This document shows, piece by piece, positions 1 through 13,264 of a stretch of DNA of 64,000 bases (position 1 is the stretch's first letter; each line of letters begins with the position of its first letter). Location: the NCBI RefSeq assembly GCF_001194135.2, contig NC_068987.1, forward strand, positions 11,536,157 through 11,600,156, given 5' to 3'. This DNA comes from Octopus bimaculoides. Lineage: Eukaryota. The translations under genes were made by a program, and so were the position numbers. The notes below the pieces were generated by a model. It saw only the letters and a program-made list of their open reading frames with translations. It was not told the DNA's origin and did no database searches.

Positions 1-1601
1 AAATAGGTTTATTGTCAATTAAAAGATTTCGATTAAAAAACATGTATAAAATCAAATTGCCCATAAAAAGTATTTGCTGTCCACGGACCCCCTGTGGTCC
101 GCGGACCACAGTTTGAAAACCACTGATTTAGTGTAAAGGCTATTAGAAATCAAGTATCACTGTTCTAGTTAAGAGGCTTGAACATCACAACATCACACAA
201 ATTTGTGCACCCTATAAAGTTTAATCTTTCGCTATCAGGCCTTTATGTAAAGAGACTAAAATTGTCGGGCTTCTTTCGCAGACGACACATCTCTCATGTC
301 TCCCCTGCTCCCACCTTAATATAAAACTATCTTCCTCTAACCGTTTTTTATTTTTATTCACACTCCATCTACTAATCTCTGTATGAACTAAACACTACGT
401 GACACGATCCCTTTCACTGCTTCTCATATTTCCCTATCTCTTTACTTCCCTCTCTACCTATATCATGTATCTCCTCTATACCTATCTATCTATTACTCTT
501 TATATCCGGCTTACACACGCGCGCACGCACACACACACACATAGACACACACTCACTCTCTCTCACTCTTTCGCGCACGTTTCCTTTCTATCTAGCATTT
601 ATTCTCTCTTTCTCCCTGATTTTCTCTCTCTCTCTATTGTATGTAAACATCACAGTCTCTCATGTCTATCAGCTTGTCTATCTTAATCTCTCTCTCTCAC
701 ACACATACTCACTCTTTCTCTCTCACATACACACATGCACAGTTGACTCATTCAGAAGATGTGAACACTGGTAATGAAAAGGAAAAAAAAGAAAAAGAAA
801 AGAGAGAGAAAAGAAAACACTATAGAACAATGTCCCTATAGTACAGAGAGTACTTCATGAAGCTTGCATAGATAAGAGAAATGAACTTTCCACTAGCACA
901 CACACGCACACACACACACACACACGCACGCACTCATACACACACACACACACACACATGCACGCATACGCGCACGCACACACTCTGTTTATGCTTGTGT
1001 TTAGTGTATTTCATAGTGAGTGAATAGAGAAAGATTTCGGAACTAAACACAATATATATAATGGTTTCTGCCAGGAGTAAAATATAGAGTAATAGGTTTC
1101 ATGTGAAAGAATTTTAAATGTGTCACAGTTATGTCGGTAAGACACAGGAGGAAGGCTTTTTCCATATTTTTATTTTCACTTATAAATTTATTATTATTAT
1201 TATTATTATTATTTTGTTTTTGGTGTTTAGTTTGGCTTATTTGTGAGCGAATATATATCACACGAGAGGGGATTTGGGCAACAGCATTTTTATGACATTC
1301 AAGAACATTTTAATACCATTCCATTGCGATTTATGACTGAACATGTGAATAATCATTTCTCTATGACAAGGATTTTAAAGGGGGTTTCTTTTCGTTTGTT
1401 TATTTTTTAGTGAGCATCTAGCATATTTAGAAGTATGTGACTGAATAAAATGTTTAGGTTTGTTTAAATTTATAAATCTTCATCAATTACTGTACATCTA
1501 TCACTCCCATAATGGGGAGTCTCTATGTTGGTTGCTCAACCTACTAAAAATAGTAGCTCAATCACCCCCCTCGAACACTTTATAAAAGAAAAAGAAGGAC
1601 T

Positions 1602-1977
1602 GAGTGGCTGTGTGGTAAGTAGCTTGCTTACGAACTACATGGTTCCGGGTTCAGTCCCACTGTGTGGCACCTTGGGCAAGTGTCTTCTACTATAGCCTCG
1701 GGCCGACCAAAGCCTTGTGAGTGGATTTGGTAGACGGAAACTGAAAGAAGCCCGTCGTATATATGTATGTATGTTTGTGTGTATGTGTTTGTCCCCCCCC
1801 CCATCGCTTGATAATCGATGCTGGTGTGTTTACGTCCCCGTAGTCTAGCGGTTCGGCAAATAGAGACCAATAGAATAAGTACTAGGCTTACAAAGAATAA
1901 GTCCTGGGGTCGATTTGCTCGACTAAAGGCGGTGCTCCAGCATGGCCGTAGTCAAATGACTGAAACAAGTAAAAGAG
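1602..1977 (+). mobile_element. tRNA-derived SINE family A. Other near-full copies about 9355-9745(-), 14448-14845(-), 15220-15615(-), 27012-27480, 46660-47240(-), 47380-47785, 50240-50585, 54325-54722, 58675-59110
   Basis: A-box TGGCTGTGTGG, B-box GGTTCAGTCCC, central (TA)/(TG) microsatellite, conserved tail agaataagtcctggggtcgatttgctcgactaaagg...gaaacaagtaaaag. Confidence 0.9.
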
Positions 1978-3504
1978 AAATAATTAAAGCTGCAAAATTT
2001 TCACAGAACTCTTACTCAGAGTTTCACGTTCCCGTTCGCCGGACAGTTGGGATAAATATATTGGCAACATGGTCGTGGTCTAGTACAGAGAGATATAACA
2101 GGAGGGAGGGGTGCTATGCTAATAAAAAGTATATTCCTCCACCTTTGGTATTCGAGTACTATTTTGAAAAGGGCGCATAAAACAAATTATTATTATTATT
2201 TAATAGTCATTTAAACTTTATATTTCTTTTTAAAGCTAAAACGTGAGGAGTGGTGAGTCTTGATATTTCATTTGGAACACCTAATTAAAAAACTTTATTA
2301 TTTTACTATTCATTTAGCTTCTTTTTTTCTTTTCTTCCTTTAAAAAAAGTTCTGCTTTTGCACATTGGCATAAGCGATATAGTTTTATTTTTAAGACAAA
2401 GTTAATTTTACAGCTGGGTGCCCTTGCTGCTGCTAACCACTCAACTGTGAAATAAAAGTGGAAACCTGTTTCTTATTCAGTCATATAAACAGGTTAATGT
2501 CTTACTTAGGGTTACAACCTAATGACAATAGAAACATTTGTACCTATGACCTATGGATGCGTATTATGATGTCTTAACTTTTCAGCTAAACTTACTTCAT
2601 TATCATGCTTCATAAGCAAAGTGGTTTATAAAACAATGTTCTATACACCCAGGTGTAGCTGTTTTGTTGAAAAGTTGCCATTGTGTGACAACTTGAAATA
2701 TGTATCTTCTACTATAGGATCAGGCAAGCCAAAGCCTTCTGAATGGATTTAGTATATATCAGGGTCGCCTCACTGGCACTTGTGCCGGTGGCATGTTAGA
2801 AAATCATACGAGCAAGGTCGTTGCCAGTGCCGCTGGACTGACTCCTGTGCAGGTGGCATGTAAAAAACACCATTTTGAGCGTGACCGTTGCCAGTACCGC
2901 GTGACTGGCCCTCATGCCGGTGGCACGTAAAAGCACCCACTACACTCTTGGAGTGGCTGGCGTTAGGACCCTCACCTATTTCAAAGCAAGGTAATATTTT
3001 CCTCCTATGGCCAGATGCGATTCTCACAGATGATCAGAAACGAACAACACTGCTTTGTATAATAGTGATGCCTATTTACAACCATTACAAGATGTCTAGG
3101 ACAAGGTAAGAGTAAACACACACACACACACAGATACACAGACACACACATACACACACAACAGGTTTCTTTCAGTTTCCATCTACCAAGTTCACTTTGC
3201 ATGGCTCGAGGCTACAGTAGAAGACTCTTAACCAAGATGGTGCACAGAGGGACTGAACTGGAGACAACACGTTTGGAAACCAAACTTCTCAACCACACAC
3301 CCACTCACGTGCTTATTTCTTATTTGTCATGTTATTTATAGTTCTAGCTATACTGCACTACCATTTCATCATATAACAATATTTTATAAACTCATAGATT
3401 ATATCATTTAACACCATCCAGTTTGACTACTGATGGTACACCATTGCTTTTTACTTACACTGTATACACACACACACACGTAAATGAAAAGAATGCACCC
3501 CCCC

Positions 3505-3878
3505 TCTTATTTATCATAGTCCTCCAGGCAATCACAGAGGAGTTCAAGACAGGTTGCCCCTGGGAGCTCCTCTATGTGGATGACCTTGCCCTAATTGCGG
3601 AGTCACTATCAGAACTAGAGGAGAAGTTTCAGGTGTGGAAGTAAGGTCTAGAATTGAAGGGCCTTAGAGTCAACCTAGCTAAAACCAAAATCCTAATAAG
3701 TAGGAAGGTAGATAAAACACAAACCCCTTCAGGTAGATGGCCCTGCTCAGTATGTAGAAAAGGAGTAGGTAGTAACTCTATAAGATGTACCCGGTGCAAG
3801 CTATGGACACATAAGAGGTGCAGCAACATCAAAGGCAGGTTAACTAGCAAGTTAGTTTTTGTTTGTGGCAGATGCTCA
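3505..3878 (+). mobile_element. RTE-like non-LTR retrotransposon fragment (RT C-terminus + Cys-rich finger), decayed, runs into gap
   Basis: PLLFIIVLQAITEEF...ELLYVDDLALIA...KGLRVNLAKTK with an in-frame TAA at 3641, then CSVC...CTRC..WTHKRC...CGRC. Confidence 0.88.
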
Positions 3879-4708
3879 NNNNNNNNNNNNNNNNNNNNNN
3901 NNNNNNNNNNNNNNNNNNNNNNNNNNNNNNNNNNNNNNNNNNNNNNNNNNNNNNNNNNNNNNNNNNNNNNNNNNNNNNNNNNNNNNNNNNNNNNNNNNNN
4001 NNNNNNNNNNNNNNNNNNNNNNNNNNNNNNNNNNNNNNNNNNNNNNNNNNNNNNNNNNNNNNNNNNNNNNNNNNNNNNNNNNNNNNNNNNNNNNNNNNNN
4101 NNNNNNNNNNNNNNNNNNNNNNNNNNNNNNNNNNNNNNNNNNNNNNNNNNNNNNNNNNNNNNNNNNNNNNNNNNNNNNNNNNNNNNNNNNNNNNNNNNNN
4201 NNNNNNNNNNNNNNNNNNNNNNNNNNNNNNNNNNNNNNNNNNNNNNNNNNNNNNNNNNNNNNNNNNNNNNNNNNNNNNNNNNNNNNNNNNNNNNNNNNNN
4301 NNNNNNNNNNNNNNNNNNNNNNNNNNNNNNNNNNNNNNNNNNNNNNNNNNNNNNNNNNNNNNNNNNNNNNNNNNNNNNNNNNNNNNNNNNNNNNNNNNNN
4401 NNNNNNNNNNNNNNNNNNNNNNNNNNNNNNNNNNNNNNNNNNNNNNNNNNNNNNNNNNNNNNNNNNNNNNNNNNNNNNNNNNNNNNNNNNNNNNNNNNNN
4501 NNNNNNNNNNNNNNNNNNNNNNNNNNNNNNNNNNNNNNNNNNNNNNNNNNNNNNNNNNNNNNNNNNNNNNNNNNNNNNNNNNNNNNNNNNNNNNNNNNNN
4601 NNNNNNNNNNNNNNNNNNNNNNNNNNNNNNNNNNNNNNNNNNNNNNNNNNNNNNNNNNNNNNNNNNNNNNNNNNNNNNNNNNNNNNNNNNNNNNNNNNNN
4701 NNNNNNGG

Positions 4709-4937
4709 CACATAAAAGACACCATTTCGAGCGTGGCCGTTTTCGTGCGGGTGACACGTAAAAGCACCCACTACACTCTGAGTGGTTGGCGTTAGGAAGG
4801 GCATCCAGCTGTAGAAACTCTGCCAAATTAGATTGGAGCCTGGTGTTGCCATCCGGTTTCACCAGTCCTCAGTCAAATCGTCCAACCCATGCTAGCATGG
4901 AAAGCGGACGTTAAACGATGATGATGATGATGATGAT
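4709..4937 (+). mobile_element. Repeat family C (LINE 3' tail or SINE tail ending in (GAT)n). Other copies about 2760-2970, 5585-5835, 6925-7093(-), 7480-7720, 9900-10260(-), 12677-13178(-), 32822-32964(-), 32985-33144, 36385-36640(-), 46885-47070(-), 49460-49590, 52410-52670, 58245-58510(-), 61950-63420
   Basis: Recurrent gagtggttggcgttaggaagggcatccagctgtag...gcatggaaagcggacgttaaac(gat)n, mostly 5'-truncated. Confidence 0.85.
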
Positions 4938-5332
4938 TAAGTACAGGACATCACCAATAAGCAAACATTACGTAAACACCCAATAAAAGACAAGTATGGG
5001 ACAAAATACCAAAAGAAGTCTAACTCCTCCTCAGTTGTCGAATGTATATTACTACCTGTTTCCTACTTTTAATGACAAGACAGGAAAACTTCATAAGACA
5101 GCAGCATCCAGAAATTTTTTAAATATAAAATCTGTGGAGAGTTAGGGATTCCAATGAACATACAATACCAGAGTGGATGTATGGAAATGATCAACGAAGA
5201 CAGACGTTTAGGGCTGTTAGGCCAAGACAAATCATATACGTATACATGTTCATGTACTGACAGGGGAGATGACAGTCCCATTAGCAAAGCTAGATCACTA
5301 GATTAGACTAGTTTTGCCTGAAAAATTACAGA

Positions 5333-5555
5333 CACGAGGGGGTGCTGAAAAGTTCCTGGCTTTAAGGGTATTGTGCAAGGCCTATTTGGAGGCCCAAACC
5401 TTCCAAGTTTTTTTTACAGGGCTTAAGAAAACTGAAGGACTGCTGCAATAAGTGTGTGAATCAGAGAGGGGAATATGTTGAATAAAATAATTAACTGATC
5501 CTCCTGTATTTTCTTTTGCAGAATGCCAGGAACTTTTCAGCCCCCTTCCCTTGTG
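5333..5555. mobile_element. Mariner-type MITE; partial copy about 6770-6910
   Basis: TIRs gctgaaaagttcctggc / gccaggaacttttcagc. Confidence 0.75.
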
Positions 5556-5911
5556 TATGTATATATATGTGTGTGTGTGTGTGTGGCACATAAAATGCAC
5601 CATTTTGAGCGTGGCCGTTGCCAGTAGCACCTGATTGGCCTTCATGCCGGTGGCACGTAAAAGCACCCACTACACTCTCTGAGTGGTTGGCGTTAGGAAG
5701 GGCATCCAGCTGTAGAAACTCTGCCAGATCAGATTGGAGCCTGGTGTAGCCATCTGGTTTCACCAGTCCTCAGTCAAATCGTCCAACCCATGCTAGCATG
5801 GAAAGCAGACATTAAACGACGACGATGATGATGATATATATATATATATATATATATACATGCATATGCAAGTGAATATATATGCATGCACATGTACGTA
5901 TATATTTATAC

Positions 5912-5944
<33 letters not shown>

Positions 5945-6185
5945 TACATACATATATATGTATATATATATATATATTTATATATATGATACATACTGTT
6001 AAATATCTGAAGATCTGTGGAGGATGAAAACAGCATCAAACTTATTAAATTGGTAGTTAAATGGGCAATTCTTTGAAAACATAAATGTTTAAGCCTCTTA
6101 CTAGCAAAGCAGTTGAATTAATCCTCCTATGACGGTCTTTCATACTTGGATGTGGAACCAACAGTCTGCCTAAATGAGACATTAT

Positions 6186-6440
6186 TTAGTAGTAGTAGTA
6201 GTAGTAGTAGAGGAGTTGTGCTGGTGGTAGAAGTTGTCATAGTTGTAGTGGTGATGGTGGTGGTGGTAGGGATGGTGATGATGATTGTGGTGATGGTGGT
6301 GGTGGTGATAGAAGTGGTAGTTGCGTTGGTAGTGGTGATGGAAGTGGTGGCTGTTTTGGTGGTGGTCATTGTCTTAGTAGTAGTAGTTGTGGAAGTGGTG
6401 ATATTGGTAGTGGCAGAGGCAGTGGTAGTAGTCTTCACCA
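6186..6440. repeat. Degenerate (GTA/GTG)n trinucleotide array
   Basis: Low-complexity array giving poly-Thr/poly-Val ORFs on both strands. Confidence 0.85.
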
Positions 6441-9400
6441 GCCATGCCATCATCCTCAAAACATCCTTGCAACATCAGAATTAAGGAAGCACTCCCCTTC
6501 TGCCCTGCTTGCCACTGGTCACTGTGATATAACCAATGGAGGTGGCAATGTTGGTTTGCTCATTTACAGCAGTGGTCTTTGACCACCAGACCATGGGTCA
6601 TTTAGTTCCAAGCCACACAGAAAGAATAAATTTTTTTAATTCATTTCTATTTTATTGACCACTACAGTCTGCAGGTTGGTTTTGCATTACGTTTGTATTA
6701 TATAATGTATATGTATTATATATGTAATAGTTAATTTATATATCATGCACGTCATTGTGTTTTGCTATTCACATGATTAAAAAACTGAAGGATCACTGCA
6801 ATAAGTTTGTGAATCTGAGAAGGGGTATATGTTGAATAAAATCATAATTAACTGATCCTCCTACATTTTTTTATTACCCAGAGCCAGGAACTTTTTATCA
6901 TCCCCTTATATGTGTGTGTATGTATATCATCATCATCATCATCATCGTTTAACGTCCGCTTTCCATGCTAGCATGGGTTGGACGATTTGACTGAGGACTG
7001 GTGAAACCGGATGGCAACACCAGGCTCCAGTCTGATTTGGCAGAGTTTCTACAGCTGGATGCCCTTCCTAACGCCAACCACTCAGAGAGTGTANNNNNNN
7101 NNNNNNNNNNNNNATATATATATATATAAAGCAGTTGTATGCTGTCAACTTAATGTGACAGTCCCATGAAGGGAATAATACTACTGTTATTTAGCCCTAG
7201 GAAGCAGTGCCACTTCCTGTCAACCTTGACACATTTCCTGTGTCCTTATGTTTACAAGGTGGGGGGATAAGCACCTCCACTCAGCTAAGTCTGCATCCAG
7301 AGACTAGTTTCTGAGTCTTTGCTCGTCTTCGATCTTCAGTTTACAAGAGCTAGATAGGCATCTCCAAATAGCAAGCCATGCTACTCCAGACTGAAGAGCT
7401 GAAGATGCCTATCTAGCTCTGAGTTCCTTTTCCGTGTTGGGCCTCTTGGAGGCAACGACCAAGACGTTTGGCATTATGTCATGCTTGAGAAGACCCATCA
7501 ATCTAAGCAAAATCGCAGCCGTGGACTGGTGTCACGCAAATGGCACCTGTGCCAATGGCATGTAAAAGCACTCATTACACTCTTGGAGTGGTTGGCATTA
7601 GGAAGGGCATCCAACCTAACCGTGCCAGATCAGACTGAAGTCTGATGCAGCCTTCCAGTGTGTCAGTCTAGTCAAGCCTTCAAACTCATGCCAGCCATGG
7701 AAAAACGGACGTTAAATGATGAGAGTGTGTGTGTGTGTGTGTGTGTCACACCCACATTTACACATCTCCGTTAGCATTAGAAGTAAAGAGAAACAACATA
7801 ACTCCCGCTGGAAGTTATTGTACGGAGTGGGGATACTTCAAGTGAAAATTACTGGTGTGTGTGTGTGCGCACGCAAATATTTGTGTGTGAGTGTGCTCAC
7901 GCACTAGTGAATCTATATATTTATAGTCTTAACCATGAAACTCATTGCATGTGTGTGTTTATAGAAATTCCATGAATATATTTCTGATGTATTCAATGTG
8001 CATATGCATCACTTGAATATATATATATATATACATACACACACAAAGGTGTATGTAGATAGAATATGATTCGATACATGTATTTGCCTGCTGTATCAAT
8101 ATTTTCTAAATCTCTCAATCAATCTCAAAGAACAAAATTAAAAAAAAAAAAAATGAAATAAAATAAAATAAAATAAATTCTGTAATACCAGAAAATGAAG
8201 AAAAACAAACAGCAAAAAATATTTTAAAGTAATAATAATATTAATAATAATAATAATAATAATAAAGAATATTGCGTTAAGACTGGCTTATCGAATATCG
8301 TTACTGCTATACATCGAACTGTTCCTCTCAAACTAATCAGCATAGACAGAACTCTTACCAATATCCAATACTCAGCGATCGATTATTTGTTTACATGTAT
8401 CGTGTATGCACCTATGTGTAACGGTATTTTAACTACGCTAATTCAAACGATATCAACTAAGAGATGTGTGTGTGTGCGTTTGTGTGTGTATACATATACA
8501 TTTATGCCTGTTCATAGCGCACGCACACACGTTATAGATATGTGTATACACACACATATATAGATATATAGATGTATAATTTTTGTTTTCTCTGATTGGT
8601 GCTTTTTGTTACTCGTTCTCCATGACTTCAATACTTATTCTTGTTTCCGCATGTATCTCTCTCTCTCCATTTATATATATATACATACGCACACACAGAG
8701 GCGATCACATAAGTGTAAAACAAGGTAGAAAAAAACAGTAGCTTTAAAATTGCAGCGTTAATAAAAAGTACACACACACACACACACACAGATAGTATGA
8801 GTAAGAAGATTTAGGTGTCTTTAGTCATGTCATACCTATGGCTAAATTACTCAATGTCTTTTCTTTCAGTCTTGTAAAGCATCAGAGTATATTATTTGAG
8901 AGATTTGGCAGCTACTTCTGCCACAAAAAAAAAAGCTTCCTTGCTTTGCTTGCATTAGTTTGGGAAAAACTAAAATATTGGTTTCCAATGTTGGCTCAAG
9001 GCCAGGTAGTTCAACGGTTGGTTGTAAGTCAATTACAACCACCCCTGTGCTCATCTAGTACTTATTTTATCGACCCCTGGAAGGACGAAAGGTAAAACTG
9101 ACCTTGGAAGAATTTGAGTTCAGAACGTAAAGACAGACAAAATGCTGCTATGCATTCTGCCGGCTCACCATCTTAAGGGGAATATTGTTAGTGGATTTTA
9201 CGGTGCCATTTTGTCCTAAATGTTAGATCTTTTTGGTGGAATTTCAGAGCAAGTTCCATACCCCATAAAGAAAGAAAAAAAAAAAATTATCAAAAAGTTC
9301 TATGTTTCATACAATAATAATTATGCTATTCTTTTAGTATTCTTTTTTATCATTTTTACTTGTTTCAGTCATTTGACCACAGCCATGTTGGAGCATTGCC

Positions 9401-11644
9401 TTGAAGGGTTTTTGTCAAACAAATCGATCTTAGGACTAGTTATTTTTTTTTAAAGCCTAGTACTTATTCTATTTTTTTCTTTTGCTGAACCACTAAGTTA
9501 TGGGGACTTAAACACACCAACACCGATTGTCAAACAGTCATGGCGGGGACAGACACAGACAGACACCTACACACACACACATACACAATGGGCCTCTTTC
9601 AGTTTCCATCTACCAAATCCAATCACAAGGCTTTGGTTGACCTGAGGCTATAGGAGAAGACACTTGCCCAAGGTATCGTGCAATGGAACTGAACTCAGAA
9701 CCATGTGGTTGGCAAGCAAGCTTCTCACCACACAGCCATGCCTGCACCTATATGACATTTTTCTTTTTCCAAAAATTTCAATTTTAACATATTGTTTCCT
9801 ACTTCTGTAACCATTTCCTTCTCCACATGGCATGGGACACCTATTCTCAAACACCGCTGATATATCTTTAATTGATTTTCCTATTTTAGTCTGTTGTTCA
9901 TTTTTTATCATCATCATCATCATCATTTTACACCTATTTTCTTTACTGGTGTGGGTTAGACAGTTCAACTGGAACTGGTAAGCTGGGGAGCTGCACCAGG
10001 TTCCAGTCTGATTTGGCATGGTTTCTACAGCTGGATGCCTTTCCTAACACCAACCACCCCAAGAGTGTAATGGGTGCTTCTTACAAACCACCAGCACAGG
10101 TGCCATTTACATAATATTGGCAACGGCCACAACTACAATTTCACAGGTGCCATTCACATGACACAGGCAATGGCTCTGACAATGATTCCACTTGGTTTGG
10201 TGAGTCTTGTGAAGCACAGCATATTGCAACAGGTCTTAGTCACTTGTCATTGCTTCCATGTAGACCAAAATACATAATACTCACACAGGCTTCTTTCAGT
10301 TTCCGTCTACCAAATCTACTCACAAAGCTTTGGTCGACCCGAGGTTATAGTAGAAGGCATTTGCCCAAGGTTCCCGAACCTGGAACTATGTGGTTGGGAA
10401 GCAAACATCTTATGACATAGCATGTCTGCTAATTTTGGGACAATTTGTAAAAAAAAATGTAAAGACAAATATAAATACATAGCAGTTTTTATACAATTTT
10501 ACTGATATTTGATAAAATTTCACAAAGGAAAAACACATAAAGACCCCAAAAAAACCAAGTTGAACTTAAGAAGTAGCAACACTCAATCATAACTTAAAGA
10601 AAATTCTTACTCCCTGTTCCTGTAAAATTTTTTAAAGTTCCTTCAATTTACCTTCTTCACACCGTATATCTATGGCTCGTTAATAGAAAACATGAAAAAT
10701 ATCATTGAAAATTCTGAAATTTTAGAAAAATATTGGAAAATGTTCAATTTGGACTAAGGGTGAAGAAACAGTATTGGATAATTTTTTCAAAATACAATCA
10801 ATCACTCTTTCTTTTTCTCCTCCATAATCCTTCTCTCACTCCCTCTACATAGGCATGTCTATATATATTGCTATGTGTGTGTATTTACTTTATAACTTTT
10901 GCTCTATATCTCATTTCTTTCTTTCAAACATCAACCTAATAATATTAACTGTGAATGCCCCTTGAAATTTTATTATTATTAGTATATTTATTAGTATTTG
11001 ACTTGTTTTATATNNNNNNNNNNNNNNNNNNNNNNNNNNNNNNNNNNNNNNNNNNNNNNNNNNNNNNNNNNNNNNNNNNNNNNNNNNNNNNNNNNNNNNN
11101 NNNNNNNNNNNNNNNNNNNNNNNNNNNNNNNNNNNNNNNNNNNNNNNNNNNNNNNNNNNNNNNNNNNNNNNNNNNNNNNNNNNNNNNNNNNNNNNNNNNN
11201 NNNNNNNNNNNNNNNNNNNNNNNNNNNNNNNNNNNNNNNNNNNNNNNNNNNNNNNNNNNNNNNNNNNNNNNNNNNNNNNNNNNNNNNNNNNNNNNNNNNN
11301 NNNNNNNNNNNNNNNNNNNNNNNNNNNNNNNNNNNNNNNNNNNNNNNNNNNNNNNNNNNNNNNNNNNNNNNNNNNNNNNNNNNNNNNNNNNNNNNNNNNN
11401 NNNNNNNNNNNNNNNNNNNNNNNNNNNNNNNNNNNNNNNNNNNNNNNNNNNNNNNNNNNNNNNNNNNNNNNNNNNNNNNNNNNNNNNNNNNNNNNNNNNN
11501 NNNNNNNNNNNNTCAATACATACAGATTCTCGTATATACAGGATTTAAAGTTAAGTTTAAATTAAATTATGTAACGATTTACCTGTATAAGAAGATCTAT
11601 ATGTATCTCCTCAGGTGATACTCAGTTGCTGTCTCCGTAAGCAA

Positions 11645-12085
11645 ATCTAGCAATCACCATCATCATTGTTGTCATCATCACTATCGTCGTCATCATCATC
11701 GTTGTCGGTGGCGGGGGCATTGTCATTGTCGTCGTCATCATTGCCATCATCATTGCTGTCGGCGTCATCGCCATCATCGTCATCACCATCGTCGTCCTCA
11801 TTGCTGTCGTCATCATCGCCATCATCGTCATCATCACCATCGTCGTCAACATCGCCGTCCTCATTGCTGTCGTCATCATCGCCATCATTGCTGTCATCTT
11901 TGTCGTCATCGTCATCATTGTCATCACCATCGTCGTCCTCATTGCTGTCATCATTGCCAACATCATTGTCTTCATCATCATTGTTGTTATGATGATGGCG
12001 ATCATTGTCATCATTGTCTTCATCATCATTGTTGTCGTGATGATGATGATCATTGTCATCATCATTGTTATTACACACACACACA
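11645..12085. repeat. Degenerate (CAT/CGT)n trinucleotide array
   Basis: Low-complexity array, open in several frames. Confidence 0.85.
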
Positions 12086-12530
12086 CAAATATTGTTACAA
12101 AACCAAACTCACTAAAATGTTCTTTTACCACCAATGGTTAAATGCTTATCAAACATTTAACCATTCATGCTTTTGTTTTCTCAACATAAGAATCAAAATG
12201 GTTAAGAATCAAAGCAGGGAATGGTCATGACTCTTCTTCATGAAGCTATTGTTCCAATATTGGTTTTGCTGCTACACACAAAGTTCTCAGACACGGATGT
12301 GAAAAATATTGACATGACAATCAAAAATTAACTCCGTATTCTAAAGTGACAGGTAGTGAATGGTATCAAATGTTTTTTCAAAAATTAATACTGGTTTCTG
12401 TAATTACAGACTTTTACCACATCCTATTACATTAAAATGACACCGTACAGACAGTCACACAGCCAGAATTTCATAGCTACACACTGACTGCTCAGTACGG
12501 AAGTTACTTTCTATATCCCACTTCGGCTTG

Positions 12531-13264
12531 TTAACCCTTTCGTTACCAACCCAGCTGAAACCAGCTCTGGCTCTGTAGTACAAATGTCTTGTTTTCATAA
12601 GTCTTGAATTAAAATCTTCCACGAAACCTTAGTCACAATTTATGCTCCTAACACTAGCTTAAAGATAACTGAGTTCATCATCATCATTGTCGTTTAACAT
12701 CCGCTTTCCATGCTAGCATGGGTTGGATGATTTGATTGAGGAATGGCAAGCCAGAAGGCTTCACCAGGCTCCAATCTGATCTGGCAGACTTCCTATGGCT
12801 GGATGCCCTTCCTAACGCCAACTACTCCAAGTGTGTAGTGGGTGCTTTTACGTGCCACCGGCATGAGGGCCAGTCACACAGTACTGGCAACGGCCATGAT
12901 CAAAAAGGTGTTTTTTACATGCCACCTGGACGGCAGCCAGTCCAGCGGCACTGGCAACAACCTCGCTCGAATGATTTTCTAACGTGCCACCAGCACAATT
13001 GCTAGAAGGCGACGCTGGTAACGATTACACTCAAATGGTGCTATTTACAGGCCACTAGCACGGAAGCCAGACAGCTGCTCTGGAAATGAACACGCTCAGA
13101 CAGTGCTGTTAGTGCTCCACTGGCGCAGGTACCAGTCATTGAATATGGTTTGATTTCGATTTCACTTGCCCCAACAAGTTATTTTACTAAATTCTTTGTT
13201 ATATTTAAAGTAACTGAAAGAAACACAAAGCATCTCAAAATAAATACAGTAACGAAAGGGTTAA
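12531..13264 (+). mobile_element. Second piggyBac-like MITE family, split by a family C insertion; other copies about 43561-43750, 34910-35100, 59870-60105, 63310-63485
   Basis: ttaaccctttcgttac...gtaacgaaagggttaa TIRs; uninterrupted copy at 43561 spans the insertion point. Confidence 0.8.

Noticed and set aside
1602-1680. tRNA-like A/B boxes at the heads of families A and B
   Set aside because: No complete cloverleaf; always attached to SINE bodies, so not tRNA genes
1628-2180. Recurrent ORFs such as ...[19 protein letters not shown]... and [26 protein letters not shown]...
   Set aside because: Translations of SINE family A and repeat family C, repeated at many loci
3629-4862. Long ORFs in the track that run through N gaps (also 10.9-11.6, 16.8-17.4, 20.5-21.4, 24.8-25.5, 31.8-32.9, 33.8-34.4, 39.8-40.2, 60.4-60.8, 61.9-62.7 kb)
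   Set aside because: Their length is an artefact of untranslatable N runs
6127-6459. Thr-rich mucin-like minus-strand ORF
   Set aside because: Degenerate trinucleotide array, open on both strands, without a signal peptide or supported splice partners
7290-7345. Minus-strand CTGAAGA...GAAAC next to the 18-bp hairpin as a hammerhead
   Set aside because: No convincing stem II and no NUH/stem III pairing could be drawn
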